NCBI RefSeq assembly: GCF_003790525.1
Contig: NZ_CP033635.1
DNA from: Escherichia coli
Lineage (GTDB): Bacteria; Pseudomonadota; Gammaproteobacteria; Enterobacterales; Enterobacteriaceae
Length of the DNA stretch: 64,000 nucleotides
Direction: 5' to 3' (one strand)
Below, piece by piece: positions 10,887 through 22,373 of this stretch. Below the pieces are notes generated by a model. It made no database searches. It was not told where the DNA came from and saw nothing but the letters and a program-made list of their open reading frames with translations. Made by a program: the position numbers and the translations under genes. The stretch's first letter is position 1; every line of letters starts with the position of its first letter.

Positions 10887-11074
10887 GATTCTCTGCCATT
10901 CAATTTTAGGGAAAATGATATCAAACGAACGTTTTAGCAGGACTGTCGCCGGTTGCCAACCATCTGCAAGCAAAGCATGGCGTTTTGTTGCGCGGGATCA
11001 GCAAGCGTAGCGGCAGTTGTTTACGCTTTTATTACAGATTTAATAAATTACCACATTTTAAGAATATCATTAAT

Positions 11075-11100
11075 CTGTAATATATCTTTAACAATCTCAG
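11075..11100 (+). promoter_or_regulatory. Candidate Pho box upstream of phoE
   Basis: CTGTAATATATCTTTAACAATCTCAG about 75 nt upstream of the phoE start resembles PhoB-binding direct repeats (CTGTCATA-like); recalled from phoE promoter knowledge. Confidence 0.4.
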
Positions 11101-11173
11101 GTTAAAAACTTTCCTGTTTTCAACGGGGCTCTCCCGCTGAATATTCGCGCGTTAATTAAAATCAGGAATGAAA

Positions 11174-12229
11174 ATGAAAAAGAGCACTCTGGCATTAGTG
11201 GTGATGGGCATTGTGGCATCGGCATCCGTACAGGCCGCAGAAATATATAACAAAGACGGTAATAAACTGGATATCTATGGCAAAGTTAAAGCCATGCATT
11301 ATATGAGCGATAATGACAGTAAAGATGGCGACCAAAGTTATATCCGTTTTGGTTTTAAAGGCGAAACACAAATTAACGATCAACTGACGGGTTATGGTCG
11401 GTGGGAAGCAGAGTTTGCCGGTAATAAAGCGGAGAGTGATACTGCACAGCAAAAAACGCGTCTCGCTTTTGCCGGGTTGAAATATAAAGATTTGGGTTCT
11501 TTCGATTATGGTCGTAACCTGGGCGCGCTGTATGACGTGGAAGCCTGGACCGATATGTTCCCGGAATTTGGTGGCGACTCCTCCGCACAGACCGACAACT
11601 TTATGACCAAACGTGCCAGCGGTCTGGCGACGTATAGGAACACCGACTTCTTCGGCGTTATCGATGGTCTGAACTTAACCCTGCAATATCAAGGGAAAAA
11701 CGAAAACCGCGATGTTAAAAAGCAAAACGGCGATGGCTTCGGCACATCATTGACATATGACTTTGGTGGCAGCGATTTCGCCATCAGTGGAGCCTATACC
11801 AACTCTGATCGCACCAACGAGCAGAACCTGCAAAGCCGTGGCACAGGCAAGCGTGCAGAAGCATGGGCAACAGGTCTGAAATACGATGCCAATAATATTT
11901 ATCTGGCAACTTTCTATTCTGAAACACGCAAAATGACGCCAATAACTGGCGGCTTTGCCAATAAGACACAGAACTTTGAAGCGGTCGCCCAATACCAGTT
12001 TGACTTTGGTCTGCGTCCGTCGCTGGGTTATGTCTTATCGAAAGGGAAAGATATTGAAGGCATCGGTGATGAAGATCTGGTCAATTATATCGATGTTGGT
12101 GCTACGTATTATTTCAACAAAAATATGTCGGCATTTGTTGATTATAAAATAAACCAACTGGATAGCGATAATAAGCTGAACATCAATAATGATGATATTG
12201 TCGCGGTTGGCATGACCTATCAGTTTTAA
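11174..12229 (+). CDS. phoE: Phosphate-starvation outer membrane porin E
   Basis: [21 protein letters not shown] signal peptide followed by porin sequence ending ...VAVGMTYQF; 351 aa from the second ATG. Confidence 0.95.
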   Translation: MKKSTLALVVMGIVASASVQAAEIYNKDGNKLDIYGKVKAMHYMSDNDSKDGDQSYIRFGFKGETQINDQLTGYGRWEAEFAGNKAESDTAQQKTRLAFAGLKYKDLGSFDYGRNLGALYDVEAWTDMFPEFGGDSSAQTDNFMTKRASGLATYRNTDFFGVIDGLNLTLQYQGKNENRDVKKQNGDGFGTSLTYDFGGSDFAISGAYTNSDRTNEQNLQSRGTGKRAEAWATGLKYDANNIYLATFYSETRKMTPITGGFANKTQNFEAVAQYQFDFGLRPSLGYVLSKGKDIEGIGDEDLVNYIDVGATYYFNKNMSAFVDYKINQLDSDNKLNINNDDIVAVGMTYQF

Positions 12230-12239
12230 TGGATATTGC

Positions 12240-12262
12240 CGGATGTGATGCATCCGGCACAT
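12240..12262. terminator. Stem-loop between convergent phoE and crl
   Basis: GCCGGATG-tgat-GCATCCGGC inverted repeat immediately after the phoE stop. Confidence 0.4.
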
Positions 12263-12267
12263 TTCAC

Positions 12268-12726
<459 letters not shown>

Positions 12727-13971
12727 TTAACACAATCGTTTTTCGATCCAGTCGGTGATTTCCTGAAGACCTTTGTCAAAATTCCGATACACCGGGTTAA
12801 ATGGGATCTCTAACAATTTACCGTCAGCAGATGATGAGGTGATTAAGCGTGAGTCCTCTTCCGGGCTGAACGGATCGTTCTTCCAGTAGCCTGATAACAT
12901 TGGCGTTGGGCAGCGACGTCCCAGCAATCCTTGCACTTTTAATGAATAGCGATTCAGCTCCACGCGCAACGCTTCGTCGGAAGCATCATGCATCCCCAAA
13001 CGGCTCGCCAGAACGTCAAGATACATTTCCGGCACCTGTTGCTGGCACTTAAAATCACTCAACAGGGTATGAACTACCGGACCAAGACAGGCAACCGCTT
13101 TCAGACGCGGCGATTCAAGGTATGCCAGACGCACGGCAACGTTAGCGCCGAAACGGAAACCAAAGGCCGCGACGCGAGTGTGATCTACCCACGGTACGTT
13201 AGGCAGCGCCTTTAAGACGTGCTGATGCAACAGGCTGGAGTCCTGGGTGAGCTTCCATTTTGAAGAAAAGCCCACCGACGGCATATCAATAGTCAGCATC
13301 GCAATGCCGCGCGGCGCAAAATAACGTTCATACAGGCTGTAATAGTCCGTCTGCATCGCATCCAGACCACCACACATTAATACTGTCGGGAACGGGCCAT
13401 CACCTTTCGGCATATGCAAAAAGCCGGTGATGGGCGCACCGCCGGGTACGGTAAACTCCATCTGCCGCATCGTGCCCGGCAGACGCTGAGCGGCCTCTTC
13501 ATAGGCGCGGTTTGACAAAGCCTGCGCTTGCTCGGCCAGGTCATCTCCTTTCAGATGAGGATAGGCAGCAATGTTGTACAACGTAGCCGCATGCAGCCAG
13601 TGTCGACCGCTGAGTTGCGGATCTTCTTCCGCACAGGCTTTTTGTTGCCACACCATCGCCTGGGTAGCCCACTCATAAATCCAGTTGCCGCCGCGGTAGC
13701 CAATCACCGTATCGTATAAATCATCGTCGGTACGTTCGGCATCGCTCATCACAATACGCGCCTGGACGTCGAGGATTTCACGTGGGTCAATGCCGCGCCA
13801 GATCCACATCAGACGGTTAATCATGCGATACCAGTGAGGGATGGTTTTACCATCAAGGGCCGACTGCACAGGCGGTTGTGCGCCGTGATTAAAGCGGCGG
13901 ACTAGCGTCGAGGTTTCAGGATGTTTAAAGCGGGGTTTGAACAGGGTTTCGCTCAGGTTTGCCTGTGTCAT
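12727..13971 (-). CDS. frsA: Esterase FrsA (fermentation/respiration switch protein)
   Basis: 414-aa translation [30 protein letters not shown]... matches FrsA. Confidence 0.95.
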
Positions 13972-14012
13972 GGATGCAGCCTCCAGAATACTTACTGGAA
14001 ACTATTGTAACC

Positions 14013-14047
14013 CGCCTGAAGTTAAAAAGAACAACGCCCGGCAGTGC
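14013..14047 (-). terminator. Rho-independent terminator downstream of gpt
   Basis: Minus strand reads CAACGCC-loop-GGCGTTG followed by TTCTTTTT just after the gpt stop. Confidence 0.4.
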
Positions 14048-14062
14048 CAGGCGTTGAAAAGA

Positions 14063-14521
14063 TTAGCGACCGGAGATTGGCGGGACGAATACGACGCCCA
14101 TATCCCACGGCTGTTCAATCCAGGTATCTTGCGGGATATCAACAACATAGTCATCAACCAGCGGACGACCAGCCGGTTTTGCGAAGATGGTGACAAAGTG
14201 CGCTTTTGGATACATTTCACGAATCGCAACCGCAGTACCACCGGTATCCACCAGGTCATCAATAACGATGAAGCCTTCGCCATCGCCTTCTGCGCGTTTC
14301 AGCACTTTAAGCTCGCGCTGGTTGTCGTGATCGTAGCTGGAAATACAAACGGTATCGACATGACGAATACCCAGTTCACGCGCCAGTAACGCACCCGGTA
14401 CCAGACCGCCACGGCTTACGGCAATAATGCCTTTCCATTGTTCAGAAGGCATCAGTCGGCTTGCGAGTTTACGTGCATGGATCTGCAACATGTCCCAGGT
14501 GACGATGTATTTTTCGCTCAT
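14063..14521 (-). CDS. gpt: Xanthine-guanine phosphoribosyltransferase
   Basis: 152-aa translation [50 protein letters not shown]... matches Gpt. Confidence 0.95.
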
Positions 14522-14781
14522 GTGAAGTGTCCCAGCCTGTTTATCTACGGCTTAAAAAGTGTTCGAGGGGAAAATAGGTTGCGCGAGATTATAGAGATCT
14601 GGCGCACTAAAAACCAGTATTTCACATGAGTCCGCGTCTTTTTACGCACTGCCTCTCCCTGACGCGGGATAAAGTGGTATTCTCAAACATATCTCGCAAG
14701 CCTGTCTTGTGTTGACAACATTTTCTGCTAACCCTGTGACCTGCAATACTGTTTTGCGGGTGATCGACAAGGAGACTTAAC

Positions 14782-16239
14782 GTGTCTGAACTGTCTCAAT
14801 TATCTCCACAGCCGCTGTGGGATATTTTTGCCAAAATCTGTTCTATTCCTCACCCGTCCTATCATGAAGAGCAACTCGCTGAATACATTGTTGGTTGGGC
14901 AAAAGAGAAAGGTTTCCATGTCGAACGCGATCAGGTGGGTAATATCCTGATTCGTAAACCTGCCACCGCAGGTATGGAAAATCGTAAACCGGTCGTCTTG
15001 CAGGCCCACCTCGATATGGTGCCGCAGAAAAATAACGACACCGTGCATGACTTCACGAAAGATCCTATCCAGCCTTATATTGATGGCGAATGGGTTAAAG
15101 CGCGCGGCACCACGCTGGGTGCGGATAACGGCATTGGTATGGCCTCTGCACTGGCGGTTCTGGCTGACGAAAACGTGGTTCACGGCCCGCTGGAAGTGCT
15201 GCTGACCATGACCGAAGAAGCCGGTATGGACGGTGCTTTTGGCTTACAGAGCAACTGGTTGCAGGCTGATATTCTGATTAACACCGACTCCGAAGAAGAA
15301 GGTGAAATCTACATGGGTTGTGCGGGGGGTATCGACTTCACCTCCAACCTGCATTTAGATCGTGAAGCGGTTCCAGCTGGTTTTGAAACCTTCAAGTTAA
15401 CCTTAAAAGGTCTGAAAGGCGGTCACTCCGGCGGTGAAATCCACGTTGGCCTGGGTAATGCCAACAAACTGCTGGTGCGCTTCCTGGCGGGTCATGCGGA
15501 GGAGCTGGACCTGCGCCTTATCGATTTCAACGGTGGCACACTGCGTAACGCCATCCCGCGTGAAGCCTTTGCGACGATTGCTGTCGCAGCTGATAAAGTC
15601 GACGCCCTGAAATCTCTGGTGAATACCTATCAGGAGATCCTGAAAAACGAACTGGCAGAAAAAGAGAAGAATCTGGCATTGCTGCTGGACTCTGTTGCGA
15701 ACGATAAAGCTGCCCTGATTGCGAAATCTCGCGATACCTTTATTCGTCTGCTGAACGCCACCCCGAACGGTGTGATCCGCAACTCCGACGTGGCAAAAGG
15801 TGTGGTCGAAACCTCCCTGAACGTCGGTGTGGTGACCATGACTGACAATAACGTAGAAATTCACTGCCTGATCCGTTCTCTGATCGACAGCGGTAAAGAC
15901 TACGTGGTGAGCATGCTGGATTCGCTGGGTAAACTGGCTGGCGCGAAAACCGAAGCGAAAGGCGCATATCCTGGCTGGCAGCCGGACGCTAATTCTCCGG
16001 TGATGCATCTGGTACGTGAAACCTATCAGCGTCTGTTCAACAAGACGCCGAACATCCAGATTATCCACGCGGGCCTGGAATGTGGTCTGTTCAAAAAACC
16101 GTATCCGGAAATGGACATGGTTTCTATCGGGCCAACAATCACCGGTCCACACTCTCCGGATGAGCAAGTTCACATCGAAAGCGTAGGCCATTACTGGACA
16201 CTGCTGACTGAACTGCTGAAAGAAATTCCGGCGAAGTAA
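14782..16239 (+). CDS. pepD: Cytosol nonspecific dipeptidase (aminoacyl-histidine dipeptidase)
   Basis: 485-aa ORF with GTG start and AGGAGA RBS; translation MSELSQLSPQPLWDIFAKICSIPHPSYHEEQ... matches PepD. Confidence 0.95.
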   Translation: MSELSQLSPQPLWDIFAKICSIPHPSYHEEQLAEYIVGWAKEKGFHVERDQVGNILIRKPATAGMENRKPVVLQAHLDMVPQKNNDTVHDFTKDPIQPYIDGEWVKARGTTLGADNGIGMASALAVLADENVVHGPLEVLLTMTEEAGMDGAFGLQSNWLQADILINTDSEEEGEIYMGCAGGIDFTSNLHLDREAVPAGFETFKLTLKGLKGGHSGGEIHVGLGNANKLLVRFLAGHAEELDLRLIDFNGGTLRNAIPREAFATIAVAADKVDALKSLVNTYQEILKNELAEKEKNLALLLDSVANDKAALIAKSRDTFIRLLNATPNGVIRNSDVAKGVVETSLNVGVVTMTDNNVEIHCLIRSLIDSGKDYVVSMLDSLGKLAGAKTEAKGAYPGWQPDANSPVMHLVRETYQRLFNKTPNIQIIHAGLECGLFKKPYPEMDMVSIGPTITGPHSPDEQVHIESVGHYWTLLTELLKEIPAK

Positions 16240-16249
16240 TTATTTGATT

Positions 16250-16287
16250 TGCTGCCGGATGGCGTTTAATCGCCTTCCGGCAGTTTC
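16250..16287. terminator. Stem-loop between convergent pepD and prfH
   Basis: CTGCCGGATGGCG-ttta-ATCGCCTTCCGGCAG inverted repeat followed by TTTCATCC. Confidence 0.4.
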
Positions 16288-16295
16288 ATCCTTCA

Positions 16296-16910
16296 TTATC
16301 CTTCGATAAAAGCCATCCCTGTGAACGTTCGTCGCGGGTTGCCACGTTCAATCTGGTGATGGAACATTCGCCGCTGCGATTTCAGCGCCGCGCTATTTTC
16401 CTGTTGCTGTTGTTCCAGCTTCCAGGCAATCAGTAATCGCGCCAGCCGTTTGTTAGCATGCTGACTGCGCTCTGACTGAACCTTCACGCTAATACCGGAT
16501 GCCAGATGCGTGGCGCGTACCGCCGAGTCGGTTTTATTGACATGTTGACCGCCCGGCCCCGACGAACGCAGCGTCTCATAACGGATCGCGTCGGATTGTT
16601 CCTGCTCATCAGCGGTAAAACGCCCAATGCCCAGAAACCAGTTTTTGCGCCCATGATGAGGCCGATACGGACTCGGACAAATCCACTGGATAGTGCCACA
16701 CCAGCTTTCGCTTAGAGCCCATGCGTTATCGCCATCCAGAGAAATCAGCGCCGAACGCATTGTGTCAGGATAGCGCCCCGCTTCTGTTTCCAGCACCGTT
16801 ATCGCGACGTCTTGTCGGGTAGCTTCTTTAATCAACCTGTCCAGCGCCTTTTTCACTGCCAGGCAACATTCTTCCGGCCCCTGAGCTGAGGAGAGTTGTA
16901 GCAAGATCAT
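16296..16910 (-). CDS. prfH: Peptide chain release factor homolog PrfH (full length)
   Basis: Translation from [21 protein letters not shown]... contains the release-factor GGQ motif ([16 protein letters not shown]); ATG overlaps the upstream rtcB-like stop (ATGA). Confidence 0.85.
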   Translation of the reverse strand: MILLQLSSAQGPEECCLAVKKALDRLIKEATRQDVAITVLETEAGRYPDTMRSALISLDGDNAWALSESWCGTIQWICPSPYRPHHGRKNWFLGIGRFTADEQEQSDAIRYETLRSSGPGGQHVNKTDSAVRATHLASGISVKVQSERSQHANKRLARLLIAWKLEQQQQENSAALKSQRRMFHHQIERGNPRRTFTGMAFIEG

Positions 16911-18058
16911 CCTTTTTTCCCTCCACTGTTTTTGAGCGTTAGCACCGGACGCAGTCGCGCGACAGGAATAATTAACCCAGCCTGCACCAGACATTGCACC
17001 ACGCTTTCAGCCGATTTATAAGCTTGTGGCGCTTCTTCAAAGATGAGTTGTTTATCGCGACAAATTACCCGGCTGCCAAGTTCAGTACGTGAGAGCTGCG
17101 TCGCTGTGTATTTCGCTGCCAGACGCCCTTTACACTCGGTGCGCCCCCATTTACGCCCAGCCCCATGCGCCAGCGAATGCAATGTTTCCTCACTCCTGAC
17201 GGGCTGAACCAGCCAGGAGTAATCACCGCGTGAACCGGGAATAATCACCAGACCGTTGTCATCCGGTGTGGCACCTTTACGATGCAACCAGCCCTGTTGA
17301 TCACCGATTCGACACGCGCTAACAAAGTTATGCGCCACATCCAGAACCGAATTACCGTTGGCCTTAATCTGTTGCATTATGCGCAAAGCGATCAGCTGGC
17401 GATTAATACGCGCAAACGCCAGCGCATCATCATGTTCCACAATATAACTTAGCGCGTCGTCACTGCCTTCAGGCAAACCATGATGCGAAAACGAGGCAAT
17501 ATGCCGCTGTAAAATAGACTGGCCCAAACCCCGCGAGCCGCTATGAACCAGCAGTTGCAGATGCTGCGCATCCAGACCTGTCAGTGCAAACAGTTCAGCG
17601 TCGATAATTTCATCAACTTGTTGCAGTTCTGCGAAGTGGTTTCCGCCACCGATGGAACCCAGCGAGCTGCGCCACGGATGCTGTGCTAACGCTGACGGCA
17701 GGTTTTCCTCCAGCCAGCTTTCTTCAGCAACGTCATCCAGCGCAGATAATCGCTTTTCAAACTTATCGGCGTTGTATTTGCGCGCGAAAATATCTGTTTG
17801 CCATAGCGCCATACCGCAGCCGATATCATTGCCGACCAGTGCCGGGTAAAAACGGCCTACGGAGAAGAACGCTGCGCCAATCGGATAGCCGCGTCCGGGG
17901 TGTAAATCTGGCATCCCTACTACGCGTTGCATGTCGGGTAAATTTGCCGTGGTGTGTAATTGTTGGATCGCTGAACTCTCGATCCACAGGTCATCAGATG
18001 CGATGGTAAGTACCGCATCAGATAAGGGACGAATATATTTGCCCATGTACCATTCCAT
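16907..18058 (-). CDS. RtcB-family RNA ligase homolog (ykfJ/rtcB2-type), full length
   Basis: 383-aa ORF translationally coupled to prfH; conserved RtcB-like His/Cys/Gly-rich segments (e.g. [19 protein letters not shown]). Start may be at the first or second ATG. Confidence 0.8.
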   Translation of the reverse strand: MEWYMGKYIRPLSDAVLTIASDDLWIESSAIQQLHTTANLPDMQRVVGMPDLHPGRGYPIGAAFFSVGRFYPALVGNDIGCGMALWQTDIFARKYNADKFEKRLSALDDVAEESWLEENLPSALAQHPWRSSLGSIGGGNHFAELQQVDEIIDAELFALTGLDAQHLQLLVHSGSRGLGQSILQRHIASFSHHGLPEGSDDALSYIVEHDDALAFARINRQLIALRIMQQIKANGNSVLDVAHNFVSACRIGDQQGWLHRKGATPDDNGLVIIPGSRGDYSWLVQPVRSEETLHSLAHGAGRKWGRTECKGRLAAKYTATQLSRTELGSRVICRDKQLIFEEAPQAYKSAESVVQCLVQAGLIIPVARLRPVLTLKNSGGKKG

Positions 18059-18236
18059 TTATGAATAAAAATCAGGAAATGGCAGACGAATCCAGGGCAA
18101 GAAAAAAAGAATTAATCCTGGAAAGGTCTGCAAAGAGTCATTGATAAAGGATTTGTCATGATTTACCTCCTTGCAGTTTGTGGAATAAGAAAACGCGCAC
18201 ATACTAGGCGGGCGTTATTTTCTTTGCAAGCTGGAT

Positions 18237-18689
18237 TTAATGTTGCGGTTTATATCGCATATAAAAATTAGTAAACCACGCTCCCCGGCATTCAACGCGC
18301 TGCTGCTTAACTGTCTGAAAACCATAACGTTCAAAAAAGGGTTTTGCGGTTATGCTGGCGTCCACCGTAAGTTCGGATTCAGACTTAATCAAAGGTTTTA
18401 ACAAAGCGCTGGCAACCCCGCGTCGGGTGTATTCAGGTTCAACAAATAACATATCGATATAATGTCCAATGCGGGTAATAAAACCAACCGGTTGTGCATT
18501 AATAACTGCAACCCGCACTTGTGATTTCGCGAGTTTCTCCTTCCAGCGAGATTCGTCAATCTGCGCCCAGGCGGCAATTTGTTGTGGTGAATAATGCTGA
18601 CTGGCGGTCATCGTAACCGCTCTAAGGAAAATAGCGCATAGTTGCTGAAAATCGCCAGGCTGATAGTTTCTTATTTGTATGTTATTCAT
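18237..18689 (-). CDS. yafP: GNAT-family N-acetyltransferase YafP
   Basis: 150-aa translation MNNIQIRNYQPGDFQQLCAIFLRAV... matches YafP of the dinB operon. Confidence 0.85.
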   Translation of the reverse strand: MNNIQIRNYQPGDFQQLCAIFLRAVTMTASQHYSPQQIAAWAQIDESRWKEKLAKSQVRVAVINAQPVGFITRIGHYIDMLFVEPEYTRRGVASALLKPLIKSESELTVDASITAKPFFERYGFQTVKQQRVECRGAWFTNFYMRYKPQH

Positions 18690-18698
18690 AATATAAAT

Positions 18699-19098
18699 TC
18701 AAAAACGCATGCGAAACGCTTCTGCCATTTTCCCAATTTTATGCATTTGGTTGTTATCTCGAGCCAGTTTATGAGGTTCAGGTTTCAGAATGGCAATGAG
18801 CAACCATGCTTGCTCATCAAACGCACCCTGACAATATACCAAATGCGCTTCGTCATTCGTTCTGCTGAATTGGCGCAACTGTGGCGGAAATGGATTATTC
18901 ACATTTGCCAGATGAATATGAGCAACTCGCTCAAATTTGATTAATGGCCAGGTAAACGAGTCGTCGTAGGAGTGCATCGCGACCAAATATATCTGGCAAA
19001 ACACCGTCACGCTTATAGGAAATAAAATCCGCCGTTAACGCATCAAGTTCCTCTGCTGTAAGTTGCAGGCGAATAAGTTTTGTTTTGAATACCCGCAT
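18699..19098 (-). pseudogene. yafO: yafO toxin gene interrupted by a single-base frameshift
   Basis: ATG at 19098, coupled to the yafN stop, encodes MRVFKTKLIRLQLTAEELDALTADFISYKRDGVLPDIFGRDAL, then stops after 13 more codons. The rest of YafO (YDDSFTWPLIKFERVAH...FRMRF) continues in the +1 frame; the frames meet at a CTCC run near 18969-18972. Confidence 0.6.
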
Positions 19099-19100
19099 CC

Positions 19101-19394
19101 TTATTCCTTAAAGTCATTGAAATCATCATCCGTCATATCATTAAGATATTGTTCAGCGCGGCGTGTAATTTCCTCTAATCTTGCGGCACTCGGACGGAAG
19201 CGCGCCTTAACCAGTTTTTTCTCCTCTTGTTCAGCAAGCATGTCCATTAACGCTTCAAATGCGCTGGCACTTAAGAGATATCCTGCGGGGCGATTATTAG
19301 AAAGAACCGCAACCGGTTGATCAATAAAGTATTTAGCTGGGTTTTTACGTAACTCAGTGATATTGACCGATTTTTCAGCGAGAATTCGATGCAT
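19101..19394 (-). CDS. yafN: Antitoxin YafN
   Basis: 97-aa translation MHRILAEKSVNITELRKNPAKYFIDQPVAVLSNNRPAGYLLSASAFEAL... matches YafN. Confidence 0.85.
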   Translation of the reverse strand: MHRILAEKSVNITELRKNPAKYFIDQPVAVLSNNRPAGYLLSASAFEALMDMLAEQEEKKLVKARFRPSAARLEEITRRAEQYLNDMTDDDFNDFKE

Positions 19395-19445
19395 ACAGTG
19401 ATCCCCTCATAATAATGCACATCAGAATATACATAATAGTATACA

Positions 19446-20501
19446 TCATAATCCCAGCACCAGTTGTCTTTCCATTTGAGGGTCAAGTAACGTCACATGC
19501 AGCCCCACCAGACGCACACCGCGCCCGCCGCGACGTTCATCCCAGGTTTTACGCGCGGTGGCGATTAGATCAGCTTTATTCAGCCGCGGCCAGACGTGCT
19601 CCTGAGTGGTTTGCTGAAAATCATCAAACTTTAATTTCACCCCCTGGCGAGCAATCAGTAAATCAGGTTTTACCTTTGCCAGACGGCGTTCAAGTTCAGG
19701 ATACAGCCGCTCGATAATCGCTTCACATTCAGACCAGTGATGAATATCTTCCGCCATCGTGCGTTCCACGCCGACGGATTTTCGCAACCGTTCACTGTTA
19801 ACGTCGCGCTCGTCAATCCCCTGACTACGCTCCCACAAAATGCGGCCAAATTTGCCAAAACGTTTGAGCAGAGTCACCAGATCACACTTTTGCACATCAC
19901 CGCAGGTCCGCAGCCCCATCGCTTCCAGTTTTGCCGCCGAGACTTTGCCGACGCCGGGAATTTTTGCCAGCGGTAAGGTTTGCAGAAATGCCGGAACTTC
20001 TGCCGGAGTAATCACAAACTGACCGTTGGGTTTATTCATGTCGGAAGCAATTTTGGCGAGAAACTTTACCGGCGCAACGCCCGCAGATGCCGTCAGTTGC
20101 AGCTCGTTAAAGATCGTCTGACGGATTTCCTTGGCGATGAGGGTCGCAGAACCGTGGCAATGCACACTATCGGTGACGTCGAGATAGGCTTCATCCAGTG
20201 ATAACGGTTCAATGCGCGAGGTATAGCGCGAGAAAATTTCGCGGATATGATTTGAGGCTTCTTTGTAGGCGTCAAAGCGCCCCGGAAGCAAGGTGAGATG
20301 TGGGCATAATTTGAGTGCCATCCCTGTCGGCATAGCGCTGCGTACGCCAAATTTACGCGCGGGATAATTGGCGGTGCTGATCACCCCCCGACGTTCGCGG
20401 CTGCCGCCAATAGCAATAGGGATATCGCGCAGGGCGGGATTGTCGCGCATCTCCACCGCTGCGAAAAAGCAGTCCATATCCACATGAATGATTTTACGCA
20501 T
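19446..20501 (-). CDS. dinB: DNA polymerase IV
   Basis: 351-aa translation [34 protein letters not shown]... matches DinB. Confidence 0.95.
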   Translation of the reverse strand: MRKIIHVDMDCFFAAVEMRDNPALRDIPIAIGGSRERRGVISTANYPARKFGVRSAMPTGMALKLCPHLTLLPGRFDAYKEASNHIREIFSRYTSRIEPLSLDEAYLDVTDSVHCHGSATLIAKEIRQTIFNELQLTASAGVAPVKFLAKIASDMNKPNGQFVITPAEVPAFLQTLPLAKIPGVGKVSAAKLEAMGLRTCGDVQKCDLVTLLKRFGKFGRILWERSQGIDERDVNSERLRKSVGVERTMAEDIHHWSECEAIIERLYPELERRLAKVKPDLLIARQGVKLKFDDFQQTTQEHVWPRLNKADLIATARKTWDERRGGRGVRLVGLHVTLLDPQMERQLVLGL

Positions 20502-20517
20502 TGCTCACCTCTCAACA

Positions 20518-20533
20518 CTGGTAAAGTATACAG
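20518..20533. promoter_or_regulatory. LexA (SOS) box upstream of dinB
   Basis: CTGGTAAAGTATACAG fits CTG-N10-CAG about 20 nt upstream of the dinB start. Confidence 0.7.
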
Positions 20534-20571
20534 TGATTTCAGGGTTTGAGAAATGCGTAAAGATTCAGCAT

Positions 20572-21495
20572 TTAACGCGTTCGCTGTGAAAGCACCTGCT
20601 GCTTATCCAGCTTTTGCACCAGCGGCTGCACCACTTTATCCCCATGCTGACCAAAGTATTGATACAGCGTATCGGACGCGCTTTTAGTCAGCACCATAAT
20701 CTCAATGCGCCGGTTGCCCGCGCTTTGCGGATTTTTCGCGTCCAGCAGCATCTGGTCCGCCATTGCGCTCACCTGCATCACTTTATCTTCCGGCATTCCT
20801 GCCTCTTCCAGCACCCGACGAGCCGAAAGCGCGCGGTCACCCGAAAGGTTCCAGTTGTTGTAGATATTGTTTTTGTAGGCCATCGCATCGGTATGCCCGG
20901 TAATAATAATTTTGTTATCGAGCGAGTCGAACACTGGCGCGAGCTCCACCAGCAGCGTTTTAAAGAACGGCATAATCTGCGCGCTGCCACGTTCGAACAT
21001 ATTGCGATTCTGGTCGTCTTTAATCAGCACGCGTAATCCCTGCGGGACAATCTCCATCTCCAGATTCGCTTCCATATGCGCATCACGGGCAATGGTGTTG
21101 ATACTGGTTGCCAGCTCACCAAGCTCGGTGGCGGATTTCTTCTTCAGCAGCGCCGTTTTCTCGTTGACGTCGCGCGCTTTTTTCTCCGTCTCTTCCGGCA
21201 CTGCCACGGTGGCAGGTTTTGACGGATGAGACGGGCTGATTTTATTTAACGGCGACAGCCCGCCACCGTTAAAAATCGACTGCCCGTGTAGCGCGGCGAT
21301 AATGCTTTCACGCTCGGATTTACTGACGCTGTTGACAATCCACAGCGTCATAAACAGCGCCATCATTGCCAAAGTAAAATCGGCGAACGCCACCTTCCAC
21401 GCCCCGCCGTGGTGCCCGGCATGATTCTTTTTGATCTGCCGCCGGACGATGGTGGTTTTTGCCCCACGCTCGCGGCGGTTGCCCGTCTTTCTCAT
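20572..21495 (-). CDS. lafU: Lateral flagellar motor stator protein (MotB homolog), full length
   Basis: Translation from MRKTGNRRERGAKTTIVRRQ... has a single transmembrane segment and an OmpA-like C-terminal domain; ATG overlaps the lafT stop. Confidence 0.9.
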   Translation of the reverse strand: MRKTGNRRERGAKTTIVRRQIKKNHAGHHGGAWKVAFADFTLAMMALFMTLWIVNSVSKSERESIIAALHGQSIFNGGGLSPLNKISPSHPSKPATVAVPEETEKKARDVNEKTALLKKKSATELGELATSINTIARDAHMEANLEMEIVPQGLRVLIKDDQNRNMFERGSAQIMPFFKTLLVELAPVFDSLDNKIIITGHTDAMAYKNNIYNNWNLSGDRALSARRVLEEAGMPEDKVMQVSAMADQMLLDAKNPQSAGNRRIEIMVLTKSASDTLYQYFGQHGDKVVQPLVQKLDKQQVLSQRTR

Positions 21496-21497
21496 GC

Positions 21498-22361
21498 TTA
21501 TTCTTGCTCCAGCATCGCATTCACCCACGCGTCGAGGTTGGCGAACGTCGGTTTGGACGCCAGATGCAGCAACTTACGCCCGGCGTCCACCGCCAACAGC
21601 GTCGGTTTGCCGCCCGCCTGGGCCACCAGCACGGTACGCACACACTCCAGCAGCGAATGTTCCGCCCGCGCCTGCTGTTCCATGGCGTTGGCGAGCGGGT
21701 CCATCAGGCAGTAGCAAATAAACACGCCTAAAAATGTCCCCACCAGCGCTGCCGCCACTTTCAGGCCAATCAGGGCGATAGAACCGTCAATTGACTGCAT
21801 GGTGATGATGATGCCCAGCACCGCCGCGCAAATACCAAATCCCGGCATCGCTTCGGCGGTCCGTTGCAGCGAGCGTGACGGCGTTAACAGCGACTCTTCA
21901 GCGGTGTCCAGCTCCTGATCGAGAATGCCTTCCAGTTCATGGGCGTCGATTTTACCCATCGCCATCAGGCGAAAGTTATCGGCAATAAAAGTCACCAGCC
22001 GCTTCTGGGTTAACACCAGCGGGTATTTCTGGAAAACGGTACTCTCTTCCGGCTGCTCAATATGCTGATCCAACATCCGCAGACCGCCGTTTTGTACCAT
22101 TTCAAGCAACTCATACAGGCACATTAATAGCTGGCGCTGAAACTCCGGCCCGAGCTGTTTTTTACTGATCACGCCTTTAATTTGATGGGCAATCTCTTTC
22201 AGCACATGTTTCGGGTTCCCAATAATCATCGCCCCGAAACCCGCACCCAAAATAATGATCATTTCCGCCGGTTGCCAGATAGCCACTAATTGCCCGCCCG
22301 CTTCAAAATAACCGCCAAATACGCAGCCGAGCACCACCAGTAAACCTAATATTTTTTGCAT
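21498..22361 (-). CDS. lafT: Lateral flagellar motor stator protein (MotA homolog)
   Basis: 287-aa multi-pass membrane protein with MotA-like sequence, directly upstream of the MotB homolog. Confidence 0.9.
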   Translation of the reverse strand: MQKILGLLVVLGCVFGGYFEAGGQLVAIWQPAEMIIILGAGFGAMIIGNPKHVLKEIAHQIKGVISKKQLGPEFQRQLLMCLYELLEMVQNGGLRMLDQHIEQPEESTVFQKYPLVLTQKRLVTFIADNFRLMAMGKIDAHELEGILDQELDTAEESLLTPSRSLQRTAEAMPGFGICAAVLGIIITMQSIDGSIALIGLKVAAALVGTFLGVFICYCLMDPLANAMEQQARAEHSLLECVRTVLVAQAGGKPTLLAVDAGRKLLHLASKPTFANLDAWVNAMLEQE

Positions 22362-22373
22362 GATTTCTTCACT

